A stretch of 56,793 nucleotides of DNA, the filler included, from Sandaracinaceae bacterium (GTDB lineage Bacteria > Myxococcota_A > Polyangia > Polyangiales > JADJQN01), in assembly GCA_947483975.1 (NCBI GenBank). It is 2 parts of 2 records of this genome, joined end to end, with 100 filler letters (N's around TTAATTAATTAA, not from the genome) between each part and the next. Parts side by side here need not be neighbours in the genome. Positions count along the whole stretch, not along the records: positions 1 to 28,586 come from CANKOL010000021.1; 1 more part is not named here. The stretch is one strand, 5' to 3'. Each line of letters opens with the position of its first letter. The stretch's first letter is position 1. Under the pieces are notes generated by a model that did not search any database, had not been told where the DNA came from, and was given only the letters and a program-made list of their open reading frames with translations. A program made the translations under genes and the position numbers. Positions 18,247-27,676 of the stretch are shown in pieces.

Positions 18247-19454
18247 TGCCGCCGAGCACTCCGTCGCTCCCGCCTCCCGCGCTGACCGCCCCGCTCGCGC
18301 TGCCCGAGCAGGCGGACGTCGTCGTCGCTGGCGGCGGCATCATGGGACTCTCGACTGCGTATCACCTCGCGCGGATCAATCCGTCGCTGCGCATCGTCGT
18401 GCTCGACAAGACTTATCTCTGCGGCGGCGCGAGCGGGCGCAATGGCGGCGGCGTGCGCGCGCAGTGGTCGAGCGAGACCAACATTCGCTTGATGAAGGAG
18501 TCCGTCCGTCTCTGCGCCGAGTTCGCGACGGAGATGCGCATCAACGTCTGGTTTCGGCAAGGTGGCTATCTGTTTCTCGCGCACAGCGAGGCGCGCGCGA
18601 AGGAGCTTGCCGCGTCGGTCGAGCTGCAGCGCGCGAATGGCCTCCGCACTCGCCTCATCGGCGTGAGCGAGGTGAAGAAGCTCGTGCCTGAGCTCGACAC
18701 TCGCACGCTCGTGACTGCCGCCTTCAATCCCGATGATGGCGTCGTGTTCCCGTGGCCGTTCGTGTGGGGTTATGCGCGCGCGTGCGAGCAGCGCGGGGTC
18801 TCGCTGCACACCTTCACCGAGGTCGTCGGGCTCGAGACGGAGGGGGGCGGCAAGCGCCTCTCAGCGGTCGTCACGAACCGCGGCCGCATTCGCACTCCGC
18901 TCGTCGTCAACGCGGCTGGGGCGTGGAGCCCGGAGATCGCGCGCCTCGTCGACATTCAGCTGCCGAATCACCCGCATCGACACGAGATCTGCGCGACCGA
19001 ACCGCTCAAGCCATTTCTGCGGCCGCTCGTCGCCGACCTCGCGAGTGGGCTCTATTTCTCGCAGTCGATGCGCGGCGAGATCGTCGGCGGCATCAGCAAC
19101 GAGAACGTCCCCGACGGCATCGATCAGAACTCTTCGGCAGAGTTTCTCGGCCTCTACGCGAGCGCGCTCGTCGCGGCGATGCCGGTGCTCGGCGCGGTGC
19201 GCGTGCTGCGGCAGTGGGCAGGCTGCTACGACCTCACGCCGGACGGCAGCCCGATCGTCGGCTTCCTCGACGAGGTCGACGGCTTCTATCAGCTCTGCGG
19301 CTTCATGGGCCACGGCTTCATGATGGCGCCGATCATGGGGAAGCTCGCCGCGGAACACATCCTCGCCGGCAAGGCCGACCCGGCCTTCGAGAAGTGGAAT
19401 TTCAGGCGCTTTCGCACGGGTGAGTTGGTGCGAGAGACGATGATTCTCGGCTAG
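18246..19454 (+). CDS. FAD-dependent amino-acid oxidoreductase beta subunit (DAO/SoxB-like)
   Basis: GGGIMG, GASGRNGGGVRAQW, QWAGCYDLTPDGSPIVG and GFMGHGFMMAP; TGATG overlap. Confidence 0.9.
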   Translation: MPPSTPSLPPPALTAPLALPEQADVVVAGGGIMGLSTAYHLARINPSLRIVVLDKTYLCGGASGRNGGGVRAQWSSETNIRLMKESVRLCAEFATEMRINVWFRQGGYLFLAHSEARAKELAASVELQRANGLRTRLIGVSEVKKLVPELDTRTLVTAAFNPDDGVVFPWPFVWGYARACEQRGVSLHTFTEVVGLETEGGGKRLSAVVTNRGRIRTPLVVNAAGAWSPEIARLVDIQLPNHPHRHEICATEPLKPFLRPLVADLASGLYFSQSMRGEIVGGISNENVPDGIDQNSSAEFLGLYASALVAAMPVLGAVRVLRQWAGCYDLTPDGSPIVGFLDEVDGFYQLCGFMGHGFMMAPIMGKLAAEHILAGKADPAFEKWNFRRFRTGELVRETMILG

Positions 19455-19497
19455 TCGCGCAGTCGGCGCGCTTCGATGGGGCCGAGTCTGCCGCGCG

Positions 19498-21012
19498 CTA
19501 CTCGATGATCGCGAGGGCGCGCCGCGGGCGCTCCGTCGGCAGCGCGTTGAACGCGCGCTTCCAGTCCGCGAACTTCCCGCCCGCGTGCACGGCGGCGAGC
19601 ACCGCGCGACCTTCCGCTTGCCCGCCCTGCGCGAGCACGTGCTCTACCCAGCCCCAGCGGGCGCTCGTCGCGCGCACGTCCACGCGGCCGCGCACGCCGC
19701 GTCGGAGGCGCTCGAGGCGGTGCTCGACGACGTTGATGCCCGCGAAGGGCTGCCCGTCGAGCGGCGTGTTCCGCTTCGCGACGAAGGGCCCGATGCCGAG
19801 CGCGAGCGGGATGATCTTCGAGAGCTCCGTCGAGAAGCGCACGAGCTCGTCGATGTCCGCGTCCTCTTCGCCGGGCAGCCCACACATCATGTAGAGCTTC
19901 ATGCGCTCCATGCCGTGCGCCCGCGCGAGCTCAGCGGCGCGCACCAAATGGCGCTCTCGCGTCTTGCGCTGGATCGACTCGCGCATCCGCTCGCTCGCGC
20001 CGTCGCCTGCGGTCGTCAGCGTGCGATAGCCGCCCTTCCGGAGCGCCGCGACGAAGCGGTCGTTGAGCCTGTCGGGGCGCAGCGAAGAGAGCCCGACGCC
20101 GCGCCCCTCGTCCGCGAGGCGCTCGACGATCTCGGCGATGCGTGGGTGATCGCTGACCGCCGCGCCGACGAGCCCGACGCGCTTGGCGGTGCTGGGGATG
20201 CGCGCGAAGATCGTCTCGAAGGGCACGATGCGCATCCCGCCGTTCGTGGAGCGGCGCATCACGCAGTAGTGACAGCCGCGCGAGCAGCCGCGCGACGTCT
20301 CGACGAGGAACATCTCGCGCAGCTCGGTGTTCGGCGTCGTGATCTGCCCGTACGCGGGCAGCAGCTCGTCGGCGCACTGCGCGACGGGCGGCATTCGATC
20401 GCCGTGCAGCGCGGGGATGAACGCCGACGGCACCTCTCGCGCGAGGGCCACGAGCGCCGCGTGTCGGTCGTTCGTGCTCGCGAAGAGCACGTCGAGCGCG
20501 GTGTGGATCGTCTGATCCGCCTCGCCCATCAGGATGGCGTCGGCGAACGGCGCGAGCGGCAGCGGGTTGGAGAACGTGAGCGGTCCGCCGACGAGCACGA
20601 AGGGATGGCGGTTCGTGCGCTCCTCGGCGAGCGGCGGAATGCCCGCGAGCTCGAGTGAGTCGATCAGCCCCGCGAGCTCGAGCTCGTAGGCCACCGAGAC
20701 GGCGACGACCGCGTAGTCGCTGACGGGGCGCTCGCCCTCGTAGGTGAAGAGCGGCGCACGAGAGGCGCGCCAAGCGGGCACGTCTTCCGGCAGGAACGCG
20801 CGGTCGGCGCCGCGCCCACTGCCGTGGATCTCGCGGTAGATCGTCTGGTAGCCGAGCGACGACATCCCCGTCGCGTAGGGGCTCGGATAGAGCAGCGCGA
20901 CGCGCTCGTGCGCCTCGCTGCGGAGCGTCCCCACCTCTTGGCTGAGCCGCGTGCTCGCGAGCGCCCGCATATCGTCGATGAAGCTCAAGGCCGAAGACTG
21001 TAGCGCGTCCAC
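19498..21012 (-). CDS. Radical SAM protein with N-terminal B12-binding-like domain
   Basis: YPSPYATGMSSLG, RGCSRGCHYC (CxxxCxxC) and KLYMMCGLPGE. Start 21012 (GTG) or 20970 (ATG). Confidence 0.88.
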   Translation of the reverse strand: MDALQSSALSFIDDMRALASTRLSQEVGTLRSEAHERVALLYPSPYATGMSSLGYQTIYREIHGSGRGADRAFLPEDVPAWRASRAPLFTYEGERPVSDYAVVAVSVAYELELAGLIDSLELAGIPPLAEERTNRHPFVLVGGPLTFSNPLPLAPFADAILMGEADQTIHTALDVLFASTNDRHAALVALAREVPSAFIPALHGDRMPPVAQCADELLPAYGQITTPNTELREMFLVETSRGCSRGCHYCVMRRSTNGGMRIVPFETIFARIPSTAKRVGLVGAAVSDHPRIAEIVERLADEGRGVGLSSLRPDRLNDRFVAALRKGGYRTLTTAGDGASERMRESIQRKTRERHLVRAAELARAHGMERMKLYMMCGLPGEEDADIDELVRFSTELSKIIPLALGIGPFVAKRNTPLDGQPFAGINVVEHRLERLRRGVRGRVDVRATSARWGWVEHVLAQGGQAEGRAVLAAVHAGGKFADWKRAFNALPTERPRRALAIIE

Positions 21013-21108
21013 CGCGCGGAGCGTCGCCCAACGCAGAGATTCGGTGAAGCCTGGAAACCACCCGTCGTGGTTGCGTCCGGCACACCGCGTCACCGACAAT
21101 GCCAGGAG

Positions 21109-22662
21109 ATGTCGCCCTCGAAACCGCACGCGGACGAACTCTCGACCACCACCTGGCGTTCCATCGCGGAGGAAGCGTCCGATGGGCTCTTCGTCACGGA
21201 CGCGAGCTTTCAGATCGTCTGGGTGAACCGGCGTGCCTGCGAGCTGTTGCGCCGCCCGCCCGAAGGGCTCGTCGGGTATTTCATCCCCGAGTTCTTCTGG
21301 GATCCCAACGACGTCGCGGAGCAGCCGCTCCGGCAGGCTGAGCTGCTCGCGGGGCTCTCGACCATCACGAACCGCGCGTTCCGTACGGGCAACGGCGAGC
21401 GGCGCGTCCTCGAGGTGAGCGCCACGGGCATCGCCGACGGGCTGCTCGTCGGCATCGCGCGCGACGCGACGGCGCGACTCGAGGCGCTCGAGCGCATCGA
21501 GCGCTCCGAGGCGAGCTTCCGTGCGCTCGCCGAGCAGTCCCCCGAGGCGATCATCGTGCACGCGGGCGGCAGGATGCTCTACGTCAACCGCGCGGCCGCG
21601 GAGACCTTGGGGTTCGCGTCGCCGCAGGCGGCTGTCGGCGGTGCGCTGCTCAACATCGTGCACCCCGACGACCGGGCCGCCGTCGCGAGCCGGCTCCAAG
21701 TGCTCGAGGCGGGAGAGACGACCCTCCCGTTCAGCGAGGAGCGCTTCATCCGCGCCGACGGAACGGAGATCGTCGCGTCCGTCAGCGCGGTGAAGGTCGT
21801 CTTCGAGGGCACGCCGGCCGTCGCGGCCATCGGGCGCGACATGACGGCGCAGCGCGCGCGCGACGCGCAATACGCGCAGGCGCAGAAGATGGCCTCGATT
21901 GGCCTGCTCGCGGCCGGCGTCGCGCACGAGGTGAACAACCCGCTCGCGTACACGATGCTCCGCATGCAAGCGCTCGCTGCGCTCTCCAAGCGCCTCGACC
22001 GAAACCTCTCCGTGCTCCGCGCTGAGCTCGAGGGCCGCGCGGATGGCGACGCGCAGAACGCTCTGCGCGCGTGCGAGCAACAGGCCGAGCTGCTCGCGGA
22101 GCTCGACGACCACGTCGCGACCGCGCACGAGGGCGCCGAGAAGGTGCGCTCGATCGTGCACGACCTGCGCGTGTTCTCGCGCCTCGATCGCGACGACCGC
22201 TCTGTCATCGACGTCCTCGGGCCGCTGCGCCGCGCGCTCAGCATGGCGGGGCACGCGCTCGAGCGGCGCGCGCGCGTCGTGGAGGACTTCTCCGAGACGC
22301 CGCCCATCCTCGCGAGCGCGGGCAAGCTCACGCAGGTCTTCCTGAACCTGCTGCTCAACGCGTCGGAGGCGCTCCCCGAGGGCAACCTGCGCGACGACGA
22401 GCTGCGCGTCACCGTGCGCCTCGTCGACGGCTGGGTGCAGGTGGCCGTCTCCGACACGGGGCGCGGCGTCGCGCCGGAGGACCTGCCGCGGCTCTTCGAG
22501 CCGTTCTTCAGCGCGCGACCGAACACCGCGTCGACTGGCCTAGGTCTCGCGATCTGCCACGGGATCGTGACGTCCCTCGGCGGCGCGATCGGCGTCGAGA
22601 GCAAGGTCGGCGTGGGGACGACCTTCACCGTCTCTCTGCCCCAGGCGCCTGGCGGAGAGTAG
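21109..22662 (+). CDS. Cytoplasmic two-PAS sensor histidine kinase
   Basis: Two PAS-like regions; H-box VAHEVNNPL, N-box QVFLNLLLNA, DTGRG, FEPFF and TGLGL; AGGAG SD. Confidence 0.92.
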   Translation: MSPSKPHADELSTTTWRSIAEEASDGLFVTDASFQIVWVNRRACELLRRPPEGLVGYFIPEFFWDPNDVAEQPLRQAELLAGLSTITNRAFRTGNGERRVLEVSATGIADGLLVGIARDATARLEALERIERSEASFRALAEQSPEAIIVHAGGRMLYVNRAAAETLGFASPQAAVGGALLNIVHPDDRAAVASRLQVLEAGETTLPFSEERFIRADGTEIVASVSAVKVVFEGTPAVAAIGRDMTAQRARDAQYAQAQKMASIGLLAAGVAHEVNNPLAYTMLRMQALAALSKRLDRNLSVLRAELEGRADGDAQNALRACEQQAELLAELDDHVATAHEGAEKVRSIVHDLRVFSRLDRDDRSVIDVLGPLRRALSMAGHALERRARVVEDFSETPPILASAGKLTQVFLNLLLNASEALPEGNLRDDELRVTVRLVDGWVQVAVSDTGRGVAPEDLPRLFEPFFSARPNTASTGLGLAICHGIVTSLGGAIGVESKVGVGTTFTVSLPQAPGGE

Positions 22663-22767
22663 CTTCGGCCGCTCAGGCGCCGGCTCTGGAACGAGCGGGG
22701 GCTGTGGGAGTGTCCGCCGGCGCGGCGCCGTCCACCGCGCTCGGCGTCGCGCTCCCGCGGGCCGCCT

Positions 22768-22884
22768 GAGCGTGCCAATTGCTCGAGCGTGCCAGTTGCT
22801 CGAGCGTGCCAGTTGCTCGAGCGTGCCAGTTGCTCGAGCGTGCCAGTTGCTCGAGCGTGCCAGTTGCTCGAGCGCACGCTCGAG
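22768..22884. repeat. 17-bp tandem repeat x6 (GAGCGTGCCAGTTGCTC), no spacers
   Basis: Units at 22768, 22785, 22802, 22819, 22836 and 22853 (the first has one mismatch), then GAGCGCACGCTCGAG; lies between convergent genes. Confidence 0.95.
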
Positions 22885-22889
22885 TTGAA

Positions 22890-23639
22890 TCAGTGCAGGA
22901 CCTTGAAGAAGCGCGACGAGCGGAAGCTGCCGGTCTCGTCGCTCGACCAATAGATCAGGAGCCCCTTACCCTTGACCCGGTTGATCGGTACGGGGCCGAA
23001 GTAGCGGCTGTCGTTCGAGCGGTCGCGGTGATCGCCGAGGATGAAGATGTAGCCCGGCGGGACGGTGGTGACGGACGCGCTCGAGAAGGGCGCATACGCC
23101 GGGTCGTGGCTCGTGCGGTAGGTCTGGGTTCCGAGGTTCTCCTCGACCCAGTCGCAGCCGTTGTCCTCGTCGGGATCGTGCGAGCGGAGCACGTCTTCGC
23201 AGACGCCCGCGGGACGGTGCGTGATCGGGCGGCCGTTGCGCCAGACGACGTCCTCGCGCAGCTCGACGCGGTCGCCCGGCAGGCCGATGACGCGCTTGAC
23301 GATGTCGATGTTGTCCGCGGGGCTCTTGACGATGACGATGTCGCCGAGCGACGGAGTTCCCCAGGTCAGCACCGCCTGGTTCATGAACGGGAGAAACAGC
23401 CCAAACCGGAATTTCGCGACGACCACACGATCGCGGTTCAGCAGCGTCGGCTCCATCGACGGGCCTTCTATCTCGAAGGGCTCGAAGAGCACGATGCGAA
23501 TGAAGAACGCCAGCAGGACGGCGCCGCCGATCGTCTTCAGGTTGGCGCTGGTGCGCTGCCAGCTGGTCTCGGGGGGCGCGGGGCGCTTCTCGCCGGGCTT
23601 CGCGGCGGGTGCGGTGGGCTGTTCGCTAGGCTCGCTCAT
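22890..23639 (-). CDS. lepB: Signal peptidase I
   Basis: GPSMEPTL (Ser), IVKRVIGLPGD (Lys) and LGDHRDRSNDSRYFG. Confidence 0.95.
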   Translation of the reverse strand: MSEPSEQPTAPAAKPGEKRPAPPETSWQRTSANLKTIGGAVLLAFFIRIVLFEPFEIEGPSMEPTLLNRDRVVVAKFRFGLFLPFMNQAVLTWGTPSLGDIVIVKSPADNIDIVKRVIGLPGDRVELREDVVWRNGRPITHRPAGVCEDVLRSHDPDEDNGCDWVEENLGTQTYRTSHDPAYAPFSSASVTTVPPGYIFILGDHRDRSNDSRYFGPVPINRVKGKGLLIYWSSDETGSFRSSRFFKVLH

Positions 23640-23817
23640 CTCGTTCCGATTTCGCGGTTCAGGTTCAGGTCGCAGCGCGCGTGGTCGGAGAGAATCGCCG
23701 ACGGATCCCGGCGGAGGAGCGTCGGCAAGGTATGGCGGAGGCTTCGAGCGGTCAAGCGCGCGGCCTTGCCTCTGGTCGGCCGTCGCGCGGCCCCTGAGTG
23801 GTGCTATACGCGGGCCC

Positions 23818-24531
23818 GTGCTCGTGCTCGCCGTGGACACCTCGACGGCCATCGGCTCGGTGGCGCTCCTCGACGGCGGGGAGGTGCTCGCTGAGCTCGC
23901 GGCGCGCGTGAGCGCGAAGCACGGCGAGACGCTGCTCCCGAACATCGCCCGCGTGCTCGAGGAGGCGGGCGTCGGCATCGCGGACGTCGGCCTCCTCGCC
24001 GTCGGGCTCGGGCCAGGCTCGTTCACGGGGCTGCGCATCGCGCTCGCGACGATGAAGGGGCTCGCGCTCGCGCGGCGCACGCCGCTCGTCGGGGTCGGCT
24101 CGCTCGTCGTGCTCGCGCGCGGCGCGGAGCTCGCCGGGCGCATCGTCGTGCCGCTCCTCGACGCGCACAAGCAAGAGGTGTTCGGCGCGGCGTACGGGGA
24201 GGGCGTGGGCGGCGAGATCGTCGAGCTCAGCGCGCCGTTTCACGCGCTGCCGGGCCTGGCGTCGGAGCGGCTGCTCGCGGCCCTCGCCGGCGACCCTCGG
24301 CCGTTCGTGCTCGTCGGCGACGCGGCTCCCGCGCTCCGTGACCCGATCGTCGCGGCGCTCGAGCGTGCGGGGCATCTGCACCTGCCTGCGCCCGAGGGCG
24401 CAGACTTTCCGCGCGCGGCGTCCCTCGCCTGCGAAGCTGAGCGGCTCTTTCGGCAGAGGGGCGGCGACGACCTCGCCGCGGTCGAGCCGCTCTACGTGCG
24501 CGCGCCCGACATCACGATGCCCGCGCGCTGA
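23818..24531 (+). CDS. tsaB: tRNA threonylcarbamoyladenosine biosynthesis protein TsaB
   Basis: VLAVDTST, GPGSFTGLRIA, LDAHKQEVF and EPLYVR. Confidence 0.92.
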   Translation: MLVLAVDTSTAIGSVALLDGGEVLAELAARVSAKHGETLLPNIARVLEEAGVGIADVGLLAVGLGPGSFTGLRIALATMKGLALARRTPLVGVGSLVVLARGAELAGRIVVPLLDAHKQEVFGAAYGEGVGGEIVELSAPFHALPGLASERLLAALAGDPRPFVLVGDAAPALRDPIVAALERAGHLHLPAPEGADFPRAASLACEAERLFRQRGGDDLAAVEPLYVRAPDITMPAR

Positions 24532-24637
24532 CGCGCCGCGCAGTCCTCGCTTGCGCCCGCGCGCCGCTCTTTCTATCGTCCCGTCGCGCCCTTTCGGCGC
24601 GCCGCGCAGCTCGCTCTACCCGGAGGCAAAGACCGCC

Positions 24638-25123
24638 ATGCCGTCGTTCGACATCGTCTCGAAGGTCCCGATGAACGAGGTGGATAACGCGATCCTCCAA
24701 GCGCAGAAGGAGATCGGCTCGCGCTTCGACTTCAAGGACACCGGCACCGAGCTCGAGAAGACCGACGACGGAATGGTCGTCCGCGCGTCGAGCGAGGGGC
24801 GCGTCGAGGCGGGTCGCAAGGTGCTCGAGGAGAAGCTGATCAAGCGCGGTGTCTCCGTGCGCTCGCTCGAAGCCGAGAAGATCGAGCCCGCCGGCAAGGG
24901 CACGTATCGTCAGACCGTGAAGCTGCAGCAGGGCATCGTGATCGAGAAGGCCCGCGACATCGTGAAGTTCATCAAGGACACGAAGCTCAAGGTCCAAGCC
25001 TCGATCCAAGGCGATCAGCTGCGCGTGACCGGCAAGAAGCGCGACGACCTGCAAGAGGCGATCGCCGCGCTGAAGAAGCAGGACTTCAAGATCGACCTGC
25101 AGTTCACCAACTTCCGCGAATAA
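24638..25123 (+). CDS. yajQ: YajQ family nucleotide / c-di-GMP-binding protein
   Basis: MPSFDIVS, RFDFK, KVQASIQGDQLRVTGKKRDDLQ and QFTNFR. Confidence 0.95.
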   Translation: MPSFDIVSKVPMNEVDNAILQAQKEIGSRFDFKDTGTELEKTDDGMVVRASSEGRVEAGRKVLEEKLIKRGVSVRSLEAEKIEPAGKGTYRQTVKLQQGIVIEKARDIVKFIKDTKLKVQASIQGDQLRVTGKKRDDLQEAIAALKKQDFKIDLQFTNFRE

Positions 25124-25144
25124 GGCGGCGCGAGTCGCGCGCGC

Positions 25145-26590
25145 TCACTCCTTCGGGGTGAGCAGCTCGCGGTAGAGCGTCTCGTAGAGACGCGCGCTGC
25201 GCTCCCACGAGTGATCGATGCGCATGATGCGGCGGCGCATCGCGTCGAACGGCGCGGCGAGCGTGAACGCCGCGATGCCGCGGCGAATGGCGCCGAGCAG
25301 CGCCTGCGGGGTCGCCTCCTCGTAGAGAAAGCCGCTGCCGCTCTCGAGCTTCGCGTCGGCGTCGACGACGGTGTCGACGTGTCCGCCGGTGCGGCGGCAG
25401 ATCGGCAGCGTGCCGTAGCGGTGCGCGTAGCGCTGCTGGTGCCCGCTCGGCTCGGCGCGCGACGGGATGACGAAGAGGTCCGAGCCCGCGAGCAGGCGGT
25501 GCGTCGCGCTCTCGTCGCCCGTCAGCAGCGCGAGGCGGTCCGGCCAGCGCGCGGCAAGCTCCGCGAACACCTCGCGCAGATCGGCGTCGGGCTCGCCCTC
25601 GGCGTGCACGACGATCTGCACGTCGTTGCGCAGCACCTGCGGGAGCGTCTTCGCCAGGAGATCGAAGCCGCGCCCCGGCGTGAGCTTGCCCGAGGCCGCG
25701 ATCAGCGGGATGTCCGCGCGGAGCGGGAAGCCGACCGCCGCCTGAAGCTCGCTCTTGCAGCGCGCCTTGCCGCCGAGGTCGATGGGATCGAAGCGCGACG
25801 GAATCGCCGCGTCGGTCGCGGGGTTCCACACGGCGACGTCCACGCCGTCGAGGATGCCGACGACGTCCTTGCCGCGCGCGCGCAGCACGCCGTCGAGGCC
25901 ATGGCCGCCCTCCGCCGTGCGGATCTCTTGCGCGTAGGTTGGCGAGACGGTCGTCACGCGGCTCGCGGAGAGCAGCCCGCCCTTGAGCAGGTTGACCGAG
26001 CCGTAGAACTCGAGCCCCTCCGGCGTGAAGTGCTCCCACGGCAGGCCGAGCGCCTCCATCGTGGCCTTCGGGAAGCTCCCCTGCTGCGCGAGGTCGTGGA
26101 TGGTCAGCAGCGTCGGCATCGACGCGAGCGCGGGGTCGCGCTTCGCCATGTAGACCGCGAGCGCGGCGGGCCAATCGTGCGCGTGCAGCACATCGAAGCG
26201 CGGCTCGCGCTTCTTGATCAGCTCGAGCGCGCCGAGCGACAGGAGCGCAAAGCGCTGCGCGTCGAGCGCGAACGCGTCGCCCTCGCCGTAGATGTGCGGG
26301 ACGCGGCGGAAGAGCTCCTCGTGGCCGAGGAAGAGCAGATCGACGCCGCCCGGCGTGCGGCCGTCGTAGAGCTCACACGCGACCTTCTTGCCGCCGAGCT
26401 GAACCTCGATCTTCATCAGGCGACGAGCGAGCGAGCGCGCCGCTGGGTCGATGTGGGAGTAGAGCGGCGACAGGACGGTGACCTTGTGGCCGAGACCGCG
26501 CAGCGCCTTCGGGAGCGCACCGCACACGTCGGCGAGGCCGGTCGCTTTGGAGAAGGGCGCGACCTCGGAGGTCACGAAGAGGATTTCCAT
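25145..26590 (-). CDS. glgA: Glycogen synthase family (GT5) protein with several altered motifs
   Basis: MEILFVTSEVAPFSK, HAHDW, TTVSPTYAQEI, PSRAEP and RTGG; full length. Confidence 0.85.
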   Translation of the reverse strand: MEILFVTSEVAPFSKATGLADVCGALPKALRGLGHKVTVLSPLYSHIDPAARSLARRLMKIEVQLGGKKVACELYDGRTPGGVDLLFLGHEELFRRVPHIYGEGDAFALDAQRFALLSLGALELIKKREPRFDVLHAHDWPAALAVYMAKRDPALASMPTLLTIHDLAQQGSFPKATMEALGLPWEHFTPEGLEFYGSVNLLKGGLLSASRVTTVSPTYAQEIRTAEGGHGLDGVLRARGKDVVGILDGVDVAVWNPATDAAIPSRFDPIDLGGKARCKSELQAAVGFPLRADIPLIAASGKLTPGRGFDLLAKTLPQVLRNDVQIVVHAEGEPDADLREVFAELAARWPDRLALLTGDESATHRLLAGSDLFVIPSRAEPSGHQQRYAHRYGTLPICRRTGGHVDTVVDADAKLESGSGFLYEEATPQALLGAIRRGIAAFTLAAPFDAMRRRIMRIDHSWERSARLYETLYRELLTPKE

Positions 26591-26708
26591 GGGGCCGGAA
26601 GCTACACGAAGCGGGGGGGCTGGGCCACCGTGCTCGGCGTGGCCCCACCTCGACCCCTTGCGCGCGCCGCCGCCGTCACCATGTTCGGGGCTCGAAAGTA
26701 GGTGCGCT

Positions 26709-27653
26709 TTGACCGATGGAACGAGCGACGCGAAGGCTGCGGCGCAGGGCCCATGGAGCGTCGCGATCACGGGCGCGAGCGGGTTGATCGGCGCTGCGCT
26801 CTCGGCGCGGCTGACGAGCGCGGGGCACACCGTGCGGCCGCTCGTGCGAGACCGAGCGCGCGCGCGATCAGGCGCAATTTACTGGTCGCCAGAGCATGGC
26901 GAGCTCGACGCGGCGGCGCTCGAGGGCGTCGACGCGGTCGTGCACCTCGCGGGGGAGAGCGTCGCGGGCGGTCGCTGGACGGCGGCGCGCAAGGCGCGGA
27001 TTCTCGACAGCCGCACGGCCGGCACCGGGCTGCTCGCGCGCACCCTCGCGCGGCTCTCGAAGCCGCCTCGAGTGCTCGTGAGCGCGTCCGCCGTCGGCTA
27101 CTACGGCGACACCGGCGAGCGTGAGGTCGACGAGCGCGCGCCCCGCGGGGAGGGCTTTCTCGCCGAGGTATGCGAGGCCTGGGAGGGCGCGGCGCAGCCC
27201 GCGCGCGACGCCGGGATTCGCGTCGTGCACCCGCGCCTCGGCGTCGTGCTCGCGGCGCGCGGCGGGGCGCTCGAGCGGCTCGTACCGCTCTTTCGCGCGG
27301 GGCTCGGCGGGCGCCTCGGGGACGGGCGGCAGGGCTTCCCGTGGGTCGCGCTCGACGACGTGCTCGGCGCGCTCGAGCACGCCCTGCGCGACGAATCGCT
27401 GAGCGGCGCGGTCAACGTCGTCGCGCCGGCGCACACCTCGAACGCCGACCTCACGCGCACGCTCGCCGCCGTGCTGTCGCGCCCGGCGATCGTCCCGGTG
27501 CCGGGCTTCGCGCTCAGACTCGCGCTCGGCGCGATGGCCGACGAGGCGCTGCTGCACGGGCAGTTCGTGCGCCCGCGCGTGCTCGAGGAGCACGGCTTCC
27601 CGTTCGCGCAGCCGGAGCTTGCCGCCGCGCTGCGACACCTCTTGCGACGCTGA
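26709..27653 (+). CDS. TIGR01777 family NAD-dependent epimerase/oxidoreductase
   Basis: ITGASGLIG, HLAGE, SASAVGYYG, FLAEVCEAWE and GDGRQGFPWV; start approximate (TTG). Confidence 0.9.
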   Translation: MTDGTSDAKAAAQGPWSVAITGASGLIGAALSARLTSAGHTVRPLVRDRARARSGAIYWSPEHGELDAAALEGVDAVVHLAGESVAGGRWTAARKARILDSRTAGTGLLARTLARLSKPPRVLVSASAVGYYGDTGEREVDERAPRGEGFLAEVCEAWEGAAQPARDAGIRVVHPRLGVVLAARGGALERLVPLFRAGLGGRLGDGRQGFPWVALDDVLGALEHALRDESLSGAVNVVAPAHTSNADLTRTLAAVLSRPAIVPVPGFALRLALGAMADEALLHGQFVRPRVLEEHGFPFAQPELAAALRHLLRR

Positions 27654-27676
27654 GAACGCGCTACGCTGCGCTCCCC

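Noticed and set aside
19498..22254. 918-aa radical SAM fusion, and long N-extensions of 239..2341, 14423..16489, 22890..24170 and 23161..24531
   Set aside because: The extensions overlap real genes on the other strand or frame; true starts are internal.
22768..22884. Possible CRISPR array
   Set aside because: Units are 17 bp, directly abutting with no unique spacers; no cas genes or leader.
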